Source of the DNA: Octopus sinensis
Taxonomy: Eukaryota
Assembly: GCF_006345805.1 (NCBI RefSeq)
Contig: NC_043024.1
Coordinates: forward strand, 12,958,001 to 13,022,000
DNA: 64,000 nt
Direction: 5' to 3'
Under the pieces are notes generated by a model. That model saw nothing but the letters and a program-made list of their open reading frames with translations. It had not been told where the DNA came from and searched no databases. Each line of letters starts with the position of its first letter. Within the stretch, counting starts at the first letter, position 1. This document shows, piece by piece, positions 1 to 13,291 of the stretch. Position numbers and translations under genes: made by a program.

Positions 1-1972
1 AAAAATGTCAGAATATTATCTCGTTAGAAACGTTGTTTTTTTTTTCAAAAACGCCATCTATCAAATGTTTCATGAATATTAAATTGATATGAAGTTCACT
101 CGAGGTACCAACTACTTAATGCCTATTTCTATAGGTAACGGTGAATAAAATTAAAGTGATATGAAATTAACTTCAGAAGCTTCGTACTTAATGCATATTT
201 CTATGGGGAAGACTGAATGTAGTTCAATTTGATTCATAGGAATTAAAACGCCGTGTATAAAATACCAAGAGAAACAGATTTTTCGGAAAGTTAACAAAAG
301 AAAAAAAAACATGAATGTAAATTTTACAACCAAAAGAAAGATTAAATGTGAATTACATTTGCTTTTATTATTTTGGTTAATTATATTAATAGACATTAAA
401 TTGATTCAATAAGTAATTTTAAATATTATAATGACTTCATTGCTGAATCAATAAAAAAAATGTTTTAGTTGAAATATTTCATGGTTTGTAACAATAGGAA
501 AGACAGCGACTCATGGAATCGTACAATTCGTCTGCGAGTAAATACTGTAACTATGGAATAGTTTAGGTGTAATACACAGCGAAAAAAAATAACGGTTCAC
601 ACACGATATGATACATTACAAAACTTGTTTAGAGGGAAATGTTTAGATACAAAATGTGTACATGGGCAAGAGGCCGTTCTAAAAACAACCTAGAATTCAA
701 TATATTTAGTAGAATGGAACTTCTTACTTTTAGTAGAACTCGGGTATTAGAGAGAAAAAATAATATATAAAATTCCCAAATTATATTACAAAAACTGCTG
801 TCGTATATATTGTAATTATAAATCAATAAAATGTGTGTGAAATACCATTTGTTATAAAATGTAATTTGTTATATACATTAATATACACACACATGCATAT
901 ACATATCCGTACACACAAACACACACATGCATATACATATCCATACACACAAACACACACATATATAGATATATATTCTACATCAATACATGCATATACA
1001 TGTATATAAATGTAGTATTATTAAATTTTTAAAAAGTGTATGTTTTGGTTGAGAATTTTAATATTGAAGTATAAATCAGACAAACTCAAAACGGTGTTTT
1101 TTTTTTAGTAACAAAATAATAACACTAAATCTGAGTGAACAAAGTACCTACAGAAAATCTATTTATTGATAGATGTTTGAAAATAAGCGGGTACAATTTA
1201 AGGATATTGGTTTCAGAAGGCAGTAACTGGATGATGGGAAAATTGGAAATAGTAAAATATAAAAAGTGAGAAAAAAAAAAAAACGATTATTAAAAAAAAA
1301 TCAGATTTGTAAGAATTTGAATGGGTAGGATATAAAAAATGGAAATAGAATTTGTTTGAGCAAATTCAAAATGAAAATGGACGCCATTTTTACATGGAAT
1401 ATATTTTAATTTAATTTTTTTTGTTAGTTACGTGGACATAAAATCACATATACAAATATGAACATACAGTTATCTTGTAAACACACACACACACACACAC
1501 ATACACACAGGCACACATATATACCGTAGTAGATATTAGTAATATATTGTAATATTCCCTGCGGAGTCAGTCTGATGTTTCCCTGAGTTCACCCACAAGG
1601 TCTACAGGATTTTCGGGCAATTTATAACTCACCAGGAACCTTAAGTAAACATAAAGCAAATTTAGAAGAACAAGATCCTAGGTCGAACAAATTTATATAT
1701 TTATGTGTGTATGAGTGTGTGTGTGTGTGTTTGTGCAAAAATATATAAATAGATTCCATGTATACACTATGTAGAAAGACGCTTCTAAACAATAATGAGA
1801 TGGTAACGCCTGTTATATATTTCCTAATGTCTTTTCGATCTGGGTTCCTCTGAAACTAAATATGAATTCCATCGCACAAGTACTTCTACGAGTCACCTCT
1901 TAATTACCTAACGTGCAAAACACACTCTGCTTTCATTACATACACACGAATGAACATGATGCGTGTGTATGC

Positions 1973-2016
<44 letters not shown>

Positions 2017-3345
2017 AGGCGTTTCATTGTGTGAGAAAAAAATAAAACGAAAATCACATTGAAAAATAAATTATGAAAAAAATGATGAATTCAAGAAGGA
2101 AAATTGGTTTTACTCCTCAAGCCACAATCCATTAAGTTACTATTTTACTACTACTACTACTACTACCACCACTAGTAGTAGTAGTAGTAGTAGTAGTTAG
2201 TAGTAGTTATTTTATTCGCTCCTTAACTTTAGTTTTGTTTGTATTATTATTCATGCTATTTAATGTTTTTTCAATCATGATAATAATAACAATAACAGTA
2301 ATGATGATGATGATAATAATGATGATGATAATGATGATGACGACTATGATGATGATAATTGTGCATCCGTTCGTTGCAGCGATGTCCTAGTTTCACATGA
2401 GCGTGGATATTGGAAGAAATAGCTATAAAATAGTTCAAAATAAATTTAATTAGGAAAAACCAGCATCAAAGCTGAAGGAACTGCAGTGAATGCGAAGAAT
2501 ACTTCAACGCAACAAATGCTTCATTTACTTAGATTCAGTTGCAAATATCAGAGATGTGTGTCGATGCAGTTGTGTGTTTGTGTGAGTTCGCTATATACGG
2601 ACACACAAACCGAAATAGATACACTCACATACACATGCATCTGTGTCTATGGCTGTGGGAAGTCTCTCTATTTCTCGCTATCTCGAGTGGTTTTTAGCTT
2701 CTAAGGTGTGTGGTTTCTATTTCAATGTGTCTACAAGAACTGGCGAAAAAGGTGCGTAAATGTCTGTCGGCAGCTGTGTTTGTGTATGTGTGTGTGTGTT
2801 TGTGTATGTGTGTGTGTGTGTGTGTTTGTGTATGTGTATGTGTGTGTGTATGTGTGTGTGTGTTTGTGTATGTGTGTGTGTGTGTTTGTTTATGTGTGTG
2901 TTTGTGTATGTGTGTGTATGTGTGTGTTTGTGTATGTGTGTGTTTGTGTATGCTTGAGAGGGTACGGATGTGTTTGTGTGTTTATGCAATTAGGTATTTG
3001 TAATTTTTGTGTAGTCTTGATTGGAGAGAGATGCGCATGTGCGTGTGGAATTAGGTTTTATTAAAATAACACACGTGTTTATATTCTGTGCGTCCAGATT
3101 TACATATTTAAATATGCATGTTTGCGAATGTACAAATATACGTATATATAGTTACACATATGTGTATACATACATACATACATACATACATATACATACA
3201 TATATATACATACATACATACATATACATACATATATATACATACATACATACATATACATACATATATATACATACATACATATACATACATATATACA
3301 TACATATAAGCATATATATACATACATGCATATATATATACATAC

Positions 3346-3380
<35 letters not shown>

Positions 3381-3461
3381 CAACATATTTATACATACAC
3401 ACACTCACGAACGCACAAACACATATAAGTTGTAAAGTTTGAGTAAAGAACGAATAGTGTA

Positions 3462-4108
3462 TAGTTCAACAACAGCTCTTCAAAGCAAAAACTAAGATTT
3501 AGTGCAAACAGTTCGAGATCCTTTCTTCGCAGACGATTGTGCACTGGTAGCACACACACTTTGGAGGACACGCAATGGATTCTAAACAACTTCTTGCAAG
3601 CATCGAAGGATTTTGGCCTCATATCAGCATAAAAAAATCTAAGCTTGTTTCTCCGCCCATTCATGACCATCTTCATGCTGTTCTCCCTATTGTACATGTT
3701 GATGGCAAAGCATTAAAAACCGTTTCCTCCTTCACATATCTTGGTTCCATTGTATTCAACGATGCTAAGATGGATAAAGATATTGAGTCCAAAATCAGGA
3801 AAACTAGCTCCGCTTTTGGTAAGCTTTATCACAGGCTTTGGGACAGCCAAGACATATCGTTGAAGGTGAAAATCGATGGAATAAGCTGGTGGTCTTGACA
3901 ACATTGCTTTATGGTGCTGAATCTTGGAGTCCGTATCGAAAGAACATCACCCAGCTCGACGCTTTTCATATGCGATGCTTGCGTACTATCTCCAAATTAA
4001 AACCGAGATACCATATTTATAAGACTGAGGTACTAACAAAATACCACGTATCAGGTATTGATACCATTCTCATCAAAATGCAGCTTAGATAATCAGGCCA
4101 TCTGTCAC
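3462..4108 (+). mobile_element. RTE-clade (BovB-like) LINE relic: RT motif and C-terminal region, frameshifted
   Basis: FADDC at 3526-3540. Downstream peptides across frameshifts read TVSSFTYLGS...DIESKIRKTSSAFGKLYHRLW and VVLTTLLYGAESW...LDAFHMRCLRTI...QLR*SGHL, typical of RTE ORF2. Confidence 0.9.
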
Positions 4109-4139
4109 GTATGTGTGACAGATGGCCTGATTATCTAAG
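4084..4139. repeat. Perfect 25-bp inverted repeat with 6-nt loop at the end of the RTE relic
   Basis: CTTAGATAATCAGGCCATCTGTCAC (4084-4108) is the exact reverse complement of 4115-4139. Confidence 0.97.
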
Positions 4140-4500
4140 TTCTAAAACTGAAGTGAAACGGTTTGGAGTAGTTTGCTATATTTGAACCGAGTCGAGAGTT
4201 CTAGTGTTGCGCGCCGCTTCAAATCGTAACACGAAATAGAAGATATGCATATATACGATCCGGGAATCACAGTGTAGGAAGTTGTTAAACTTCAAGCAAT
4301 GAGTGGCAGATATTTTTATCTTGTTTTTATTTTATTTTGTACTATTGTGGCAATGTTGCGTTAGAAATTCCGAACGACAACGTAACCTTCACTTCAATTC
4401 CGGTAATTTGAGTCTGACGATTAACTTCACTAAGCATAACGCACTTCACCTAGCTAAGAAAACATATGTAGTGTTTATTTTACTTGTACCATTCCCTCAA

Positions 4501-4532
<32 letters not shown>

Positions 4533-4737
4533 AGTGTGTGTGCGTGTGTGTGTGGGGTAAATAGTATTTCAAAATCTCCTGTATGCATCATGCAGTGAAT
4601 TTGATTCCAAATTATGAAATTTGACCCATCATTTGTAATGTTTACCTGTAATGGAAATCTTTCTCATTATTCAATAATGTACCATGATCTCTTTAAAGTT
4701 TGGCGAATAGAGTTATTGCGAGTCACTTATGAATTAT

Positions 4738-5115
4738 AATTTGGCTGTGTGGTAAGTAGTTTGCTAACCAACCACATGGTTCCGGGTTCAGTCCCACTGC
4801 ATGGCATCTTGGGCAAGTGTCTTCTACTATAGCCCCGGGCCGACCAATGCCTTGTGAGTGGATTCGGAAGACGGAAACTATATATATATATGTATGTGTG
4901 TCTGTGTGTGTGTTTGTGTGCCTGTGTTTGTCCCCCTAGCATTGCTTGACAACCGATGCTGGTATGTTTATGTCCCCGTTACTTAGCGGTTCGGCAAAAG
5001 AGACCAATAGAATAAGTACTGGGCTTACAAATAATAAGTCCCGGGGTCGAGTTGCTCGATTAAAGGCGGTGCTCCAGCATGGCCGCAGTCAAATGACTGA
5101 AACAAGTAAGAGAGA
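4738..5115 (+). mobile_element. tRNA-derived SINE, family B (near full length, internal TA/TG tract)
   Basis: Head GGCTGTGTGGTAAG...GGTTCAGTCCC with A/B-box-like motifs, then TTGGGCAAGTGTCTTC and tail GGCGGTGCTCCAGCATGGCC. The same family recurs many times in the window. Confidence 0.85.
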
Positions 5116-5871
5116 GAAAAAGAGTAACTAGGTAAGAATATCTGTTTAACCAGAGACAATTTTGTCGAGTAAGTTTACACTTCAGTTTGATTTACCTAAA
5201 TTTGACCAAAGTTTTTCCTTGCAAATCTTGTCGATTTTACCCCAAAGAAAGCTTCATAACGTTTTCCAAATTCTTTTCCAACGTCTTCCCATTAATTCTT
5301 CCCACACAAATTGCATGCGATTTTGGTTCGATTGTAGGGTCTTCATAAATGATTCACTGCTGTGAGAGATTTATAATCCCATTTTCATTTCTGGAAATGA
5401 GTGGGTTTCGTGCTAACGTTTGACATCATTAAAATCCTCGACAATAAAATCAACATCATCATCATCATCATCATCATCAATACCATCATCATCCTCTTCA
5501 CCTTTCCTCCCTCTCATCTTCAACGCTATCACCATTAATGTCATTCTCATCATCTTCATTGTTCGCAGCTTAATGGTCGTCCTCTTCATCTTCTTCACGA
5601 TGACGACAACGACGACAATCATCATCATCATCATGTTCTTAGCACTGGAGAGTATGCTTTGCAACATTTCTTCTGACTATGTACGCTGTGAGTTCAAATC
5701 ACGCAGAGATCAATATTTCTTTTTCATTCTTGCGGGGTCAGTAAATTGAAATGCCATTCATCTACAAGAACCAATCTAATTGACTGCTTTCCCCTAATGT
5801 TTTCCAAATTTAAAACAATTATTATTATTATTATATTATTATTATTATTATCACTATTTAAGACGTGGCAC

Positions 5872-6290
5872 AGTATCCAATATCGTGATGTTGGTGATTG
5901 AAGACATTGTGTTTACCGAGGGTTTGTACAGTCTGTCAAGTCACAACAAAAGGAATACTGAAAGCCTAATCATCGCGGCCCAGAACCAGGGACTTGAATC
6001 CAAACTCAGTGATTGGTTCTGAGCCGCGAGGATTAGGTTTTCAGGATTCCTTTTTAGATCACCCTTCTGGAGCCACCTCCACTATGCTCCCTGGTCTTTT
6101 AATTTGGTGGTTTCACGGTGAAACCGACCACTGAATTCCATACGGAGTAGGGTTTCTTCTCTCTCGCCGGCTGTTGTCCGGAATTCATGAGCACTCTCAA
6201 GTTCATTTTTTCGTTAACTCCTGCACTAGCAGCAGACTGTAGCAGGTATTCTTTGCTCTTAACCAAATATTCTGCTATGTTTCTTCTTTC
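5872..6290 (-). mobile_element. R4/Dong-type LINE relic, internally deleted, ending at a (TAA)n tract
   Basis: Minus strand reads ERRNIAEYLVKSKEYLL and QKGDLKRNPENLILAAQNQSL, matching LKAESEGFILAAQEQSL in the 41.7-kb copy. An (ATT)n tract lies at 5819-5852. Confidence 0.65.
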
Positions 6291-6319
6291 ACCATCATCA
6301 TCATCATCATCATCATGTG

Positions 6320-6560
6320 AGTGCACGTGAGTTAAAGATTAGGGTGTTGCTCTCACGATCGCTACATCGTGATTTCAATTCTTAGACCAGGAGGTGCGTT
6401 GAACACTTCGACACCTGACGCGTCGTACAAAGTGATCCCCTTCAGATAAAGTCGATTTCAGGGACACAGTGAGGAAATGTGCGGCAATAAACATTTGATC
6501 CTTAAACAAATCACTTGTGCGGGTCGTTCGGCAAAAGCTGAACACTCAAACCTCTTCTTT
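6320..6560 (+). mobile_element. Degenerate SINE, family C-like
   Basis: Eroded tRNA-like head GTTAAAGATTAGGGTG...GATTTCAATTC resembling the head at 49361. Confidence 0.4.
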
Positions 6561-7174
6561 GATGGCAGAGTTCTTCATTATTCTTAACATTATTATTATT
6601 TTTTTCCGTCTTTCTTCAAATTTTCTTCCGTTTTTCGCCGAGTGTTTTCCGTACACCTGGGGCAGAAAAGCTCATTGTATGCATTCCCAGATTACACGCG
6701 CAAATTCGCAGGTAAAATATGTATTTAAAAAAATTAATAAATAAATAAATTCATGGATGGATGTTGTTGTCACAGCGATAATGCTCTTCTCAGTACATGA
6801 GCCGTTTCAGTTAATACGATTTTTGGCACTTCCTGGAGGGATGGTAAGCCTGGAATCATTTTCAAATAGGTTTCAGTACCTTTTTTTTTTATCATTCCCA
6901 GAGATCCTACAATCACTGTAGTCGCCTTGAGATGCCACATTTTAAAAATTTATTATTATTATTATAATTATTATTATTATTGCCACCAAAATTTTTAATA
7001 TTGTGTTTATATAATTTCTCGATTCTTTTACATTTGGATATTTCAAAGTGTTCTTTTACGAATCATCGAAGGGCACTACCACCAAAACCACCACCACCAC
7101 CACCACCACCACCACCACTGTTACTATTATGACATGTATTCATTCTAATAATACTAATAATGATAATAATAATA

Positions 7175-7213
<39 letters not shown>

Positions 7214-7301
7214 TTAATGATAATAATAATAATGATAATAATAATAATAATAATGAAAATAATGAATGCAACCGCTCCTGCACACTTATATACGCACACA
7301 A

Positions 7302-7335
<34 letters not shown>

Positions 7336-7977
7336 GCGCAAATGACACTGACCTCTGAAATATAAAGGAAATGAAATCCCACAGGAAATTAAGTGGATTC
7401 TTTCAGATATATTCCTCGTTCGCTTTTTTCTTCATTTTTCTTCTGCCAGTAAAAATATCTTTCTGATATAATTCATTCTTAATGGTACCAGACAAGACTT
7501 TTCATGATGGAGATTTATCTTAAAATAACCATCAGCCGTTTTAACATTGATTTCTTGTTATTTATTCGGTTTTATTTTTCTTACTTTTCACTTGGTTTCT
7601 GTTTTAGAATTATTGCTTGCTTTTTTTTTCTTTGAAGGGGTGTGTTTTACTTATTTATTTGACTGTTTGCTGATTATTATTATTATTATTTCTCTTCTTC
7701 GGGTTGTTTTTCATGGTTTTATGTTTTTTTTTGTGAATTAGGGGTGGGGTACATGTTTATTATGCTCTGCATTTTTCTCATTCGTGTTTCTCTATAGACT
7801 TACTTTCATAAAGTACACAAAAATGTATGTATAGGCCGACAAACATATATATATAAGTATATATATTATATGAATATATATATATATATAAGTATATATT
7901 ATATGAATATATAATATATATATATATTTCTATATATTTACATATCTATTACGAGTATGCATATGTATATGTATATA

Positions 7978-8025
<48 letters not shown>

Positions 8026-8027
8026 AT

Positions 8028-8063
<36 letters not shown>

Positions 8064-8085
8064 TGATGTATATATACATAAACAC

Positions 8086-8139
<54 letters not shown>

Positions 8140-8914
8140 GTATATGTGTATATATGTCTATATAGTTGTATTTATTATGTGTTTAGATATCTATATATAT
8201 ATATACATACGTATATGTATATATATATTATATATATATATATACGTATATATATGGATATATATAGATATACATACGCACACACATATACAAATACACA
8301 CACATACGCAAACACACATTTATAAATATACAGAGAGAGAAAGAGGGAGAAAGAACTTCTTTCTCCGTCGGTCATTTTTTTTCTTCTTTTCTTCTCTTTT
8401 GCTAATGTAATGGGAAATGTTCAGATAACAATATTTCAATGGAACCTGGTAGTCCTTCCATGGTTTTAAAATTGTCTTCAAAAATAAACCAGGAACCAAG
8501 GAACAATGCCATTATATTCTATCAATATTAATGTTTCTTTCTTGTTATTTATCTCTTCTTCAATTTCTATCTTTTTTAGCTTCCATTATTTCGTTTATTC
8601 TTGGTGTTTAATTATTTATTTATACACGCATGCATATATGCATACACGGAAAGATGTATGTAAACAGAAGCACCGAGACACACGCGCAGGCATGTCTACG
8701 CGTGTTTGTGTACACTTCTTATCGATATATAGAGGTGTATGTAGGCCCATGCATGATTGTGTATATATGCATATACAACACTTTTTCCTCTTAATATTCG
8801 TATTTCTCTTTACATATTGTGTCAGTCAATGTATACATACAAACGTACATGTATGTACAAACACATATCTGTACATATATATATATATTTTCGTCTTTTA
8901 TTTTTAATCTTTTA

Positions 8915-9080
8915 CGTACAGCCATGCTGGGGCACTGACTTCCAGATTTATTTTTGCCGAACTTGTCAACCTCAGTACTTATTTTTAAGCCTGCTACCTA
9001 TTCTAATAGTAATTTTTTACGGGGATGTAAACAAACAATCACAGGTTGCCAAACGCCATTGGGGAGACAAACGCAGATAC
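8915..9080 (-). mobile_element. SINE family B, 3' part
   Basis: CAGCCATGCTGGGGCAC...GGGATGTAAACA is the reverse complement of the family B tail. Confidence 0.6.
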
Positions 9081-9275
9081 AAACAAGAAAGCACAAAAAA
9101 GCACAACAACGCGAGGACGTGGAACAAATATAGTATTGTTGGACGTTCAGGAAAGAAGGAGGGTTTAACGTTTCGAGCGGAGCTCTTCGTCGGAAACATA
9201 GGAGAAGGAATGATCCAGAACAGGGAAGACAGAGGAAAAAAAATCGCCAACGGTACACACGTGGTCATATATATA
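9080..9275 (-). mobile_element. Penelope-like terminal repeat carrying a hammerhead-like motif
   Basis: A homologous copy lies at about 51255-51460. Contains the HHR-like motif at 9163-9197. Confidence 0.55.
9163..9197 (-). ncRNA. Minimal type I hammerhead-like motif (CCGACGA core)
   Basis: Minus strand reads GUUU-CCGACGA-A-GAGC(UCC)GCUC-GAA-ACGU-U-AAAC: 4-bp helix I, 4-bp helix II and palindromic helix III. U4 is replaced by C. Confidence 0.55.
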
Positions 9276-9278
9276 TAT

Positions 9279-9322
<44 letters not shown>

Positions 9323-9479
9323 TAACCACAGCCTTCTTTCGATTCCCTTCGTGTATAAATAGGTGCACACACGCACACACACATCATTATTTGTTTATGG
9401 CAAATGTCTCTGAATTCGCTCTGAAAATCTCGTATGCTACTTGTTGTCAGTTACCGAATGGGATCCCCACATTACAGAG

Positions 9480-9935
9480 TAATTCGATGGAATGCTGATT
9501 CATACGGAACTCCTTACAACTTGGGATAAATATAATGATTACGAAAATGATTTCTGAATGGGTGTATATTACTACAGGAGTTCAAAATTCCTAAGGCCTC
9601 CATAACCGATAAATGTAGCTGTGGAATGTGTATATTTATATAAAGAATGTGCCACAGACGTCCCCGAACGAGCAGTCGCATGTCTCTCTACATTATACAG
9701 AAATGCTGATAGAGCAAATGCTACCCAACATGGATTATTTAAATTACCATCGGCCTCTAAAGGCTGTGTCACCAAACATCAATTACAACCAGCTCCTTAT
9801 AAGGAGAGATTATCTGGAATATCAAGGCCGAGATCCATTCCGATGTTGTCATTGGTTCGTCTTATACTGTAATACCCTTCAGGTTGTTGATCATCTTCCG
9901 TGAAAACATTTAAATCAAACATAAAGGGAGGGATT
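9480..9935 (+). mobile_element. Possible highly degraded CR1/L2 LINE 3' end
   Basis: Weak peptide resemblance only: MDYLNYHRPLKAV...RRDYL and SVKTFKSNI. Confidence 0.3.
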
Positions 9936-10638
9936 TATTTGACCTTAGTATTCTCTGTCGTCATGTTTTGTATCATTCAACAGTTTGCTTTGATGAATGA
10001 GAGCCACGCGACACAGAATCACCTGGAAAACTGCTACACTTTCACCTAAATTAATATGGCATTAAGGAAAATGTCAGACTTTTGACCGGAAGTTTGTTCC
10101 GAGGCTATATATTATATTTTATGCACATTTACCTATAACTGTATTTGTTAATTTCCATGCTTCCATATAATTTCCACATTTACCTCTTCCCAAGACTAAG
10201 GTACCAGATTTATGTTGTTCCAAACAACGGTTACAGACTTTGCAAGTAATATCCTTTCGTTATATCATGTTCATCAGTCTATATTCACAATGCTATATAC
10301 ATCTTTGCTATTGTATGCTCTATGTACCTGCCTATCTATCTATAGCAATATTGTGTTCCATTTCCCACAATCGTTCGAGGGGCGATACTGTGAATCTGGT
10401 ACCAGCCTATGATTTTCCAGCTTCGGATATATATTATACTGTTCCAAATCTTTCCTCTTTTCACATATAAAATATCTAACATCAACATCTGTCCTTATCT
10501 TCTTACATACTGTATACATACATAGCTATACTTTGTATATATATATATATATGGAGGAAACACATAAATGTGAAACAAGGTGGAAAACAAGAGTACTCAC
10601 GTACCAGTGGTGGAGTAATATGCTTTATTCTCGAGCCC

Positions 10639-10946
10639 TAGAGAAAGGTGTTCGCCTCCATTTTGGAAGACACAACCTCGTTTACTTCACGGAGTTTCTC
10701 GAGTATTCCCATATATATATTTGTGAGTATGTCTGTATATATATATATATATATATATACATACACACACACACACACACGTACGTACGTACGTACGTAC
10801 GTACGTACGTATGTATGTATGTATGTATGTATGTGTATATATATATACACACACATACTCACAAATATATATATGGGAATGCTCGAGAAACTCCGTGAAG
10901 TAAACGAGGTTGTGTCTTCCAAAATAGAGGCGAACACCTTTCTCTA
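10639..10946. repeat. Near-perfect 308-bp palindrome centred on (ACGT)n
   Basis: The roughly 95-bp outer arms differ at 2 positions. The ORF track shows the mirror peptide [23 protein letters not shown] on both strands. Confidence 0.95.
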
Positions 10947-11133
10947 TGCAATCAGCTTGAAAAATTAAGATGCTTAGATATTTTCCTACGCCAGTGGTAG
11001 CCTTAATTCGCGTATATAGAAAGCATATCCACCAATACTGTATTGAGCACTCGTCTTCATCGTTCCACACTTACGTATATGTGTGTGTGAGTGTGTGTGT
11101 GTGTGAGCGTGTGTGTGTACTTGTGAGTGTATC

Positions 11134-11182
<49 letters not shown>

Positions 11183-11796
11183 GCTTTTATTCATATAAAC
11201 ACATGTAAATATTGATATATGTCTATATAAACGTATGTGTTTATATATGAACACAGTCACACACACACACACATACACACCTCCATAGGTATCTGTATAC
11301 ATTTACTGTCATGTTTATCTAACATTTTTATGTATCCCGAAATACCACACACTAAAATCTACTTTGTTTCCGTATTATTTGTTGATTAAATCTTAAATAA
11401 AAGATAGATGATATCCGATAGTTCTACATTGATGCTATCTCAAAATAATACCAAAATTAATGTCTTCTGAGTTTCAGCTATTTTCTCTGCTGTTTACTTT
11501 CGTTGCAGTTGTAGCAGTTTTTCTCATAATGAACAAACTCGGTTCTTGCTTGTATCATCATTCCCGTGGCTACTCTGTCCGTTGAGCTGGTTCGTCACGT
11601 GCAAACAGTTGGTTCGGTGAAGAGCTGTCTCATCTTTATTTGTCTTACCACTTGTATTTCATCAGCCTCATGCGAAGTCCCAAGTAGACTCTGCACGGGT
11701 ATGAGACGTTTTATCGCAACCGTTTTCCAACGATATAGCACCAAGTGTAAGAACTTTCTCTCCAATATCATTGGTTTCAAATTCGACACACGGAAA

Positions 11797-12335
11797 GCAA
11801 TTTCGAGGAAAAGGCTAAGCCGATCCCATCGACCCCGGTGCTCAACAGATAATTATTTTACCGACCCCAAAGCGATGAAAGACACTGTCAATCTCGGCGG
11901 AATTTGAAATCAAAGCATAAGCACGGACGAAATACCGTTAAGCATTTTGTCCGGCGTGCTAACGATTCTACCAGCACACCGCCTTACCTCGCCGCTTTAC
12001 CCACCCCCTTCAATAATGGTTTCAAATTTGGGCCCAAACTCAGCAATTTCGGGTGGTGGGGAGGTAGCTAAGTCGATTACATGAATCCTCGTGCTACACT
12101 TGTACTTACTTTATCGACCTCGAAGAGATGAAAGACATGCTCGACATCGACGGAATTTGAAGGGTACTGTGCCTAGAGTTGAAACGAATATTATTATCAT
12201 TATATTTCAAATTCCGCCGAGGTCGACTTTGCCTTTCATCAATTCGGGATCGATCGATAAATTAAGTATCAGTGATGCACTGGGGTCGATGTAACCGACT
12301 TAACCCCTCACCACAAATTTCAGCCCTTCGTAGGA
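11797..12335. mobile_element. Cluster of three degenerate family A SINE pieces (-, -, +)
   Basis: GGCGGAATTTGAA and TTCAAATTCCGCCGAGGTCGACTTTGCC motifs occur in opposite orientations. Confidence 0.75.
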
Positions 12336-13240
12336 TTATTATTAATGTTATTATTACTATTATTATTATTATTATTATTATTATAAGAACAACAGCAGTA
12401 ACAATAATATAATATGCAATTACGATAATAAAATATGACAATAATATCGTCAATATTAAAATCAACAGAAAGACAAACATATAAATAAGAAGAACATTAA
12501 CGGATTATTATACAGAAATATATTAGTGAAGGCAGCAGAGGCAATATGAACTGTAGCAGCGCCACCTAGTCCATCACCCCCGCTTACATCATCATCATTC
12601 ACTACGACTATCACCCCTACCATCACAACCAGTGCTACCACCGCCACCACCACGTTCACCATTATCAACGTCATCACCAAGTTCATCGCCACCGCTAATA
12701 CAATAAAAAAACAACAACTATAACAGCCAGAAAAGCAACAACAAACCACAAAATTACTTTCTATTTTCAGGCTTCAGTGACTTTCGAATATCGAGCGAGA
12801 TTCTTCGCCGCTCCTCTCCATTCCATTTACCAACCGAAGCAACTCAATCAACCTTGACGGTCTCTTCGTAAAAACCGTTTGATAGAAGAAAAACTCATTA
12901 GGGGCTGGGAGAGGATAACGAAGATTTCTAAAACGCTTAATTAATTAAAGTCATTAGTGTTGAAAGAATATCCATGAACTAAAATTCTGCAGAGATTTCA
13001 AATGGTGGAATATGTTAATAATTTCCATCTACGTTAGCGTATTCTGACCCAGCTTTCAACATGGCTTTTCAATTCATATTGCGTGCTGGTATAACTTGTG
13101 TATAGTCATACTGCGTGTATATGTATACGCATGTACACTTAGGCATGTACACGTATTTCTATTTATATGTATGTGTGTATTCTTGTGTGTGCGAATATAG
13201 ATGTAAGCGTATCTCTCTCTCTCTCATATATATATATATA

Positions 13241-13291
<51 letters not shown>

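Noticed and set aside
12754-12875. Strong splice-acceptor-like TTACTTTCTATTTTCAG followed by short open frames
   Set aside because: The peptides are unrecognisable, there is no convincing donor, and such sites are common by chance in AT-rich DNA. RNA-seq would be needed.
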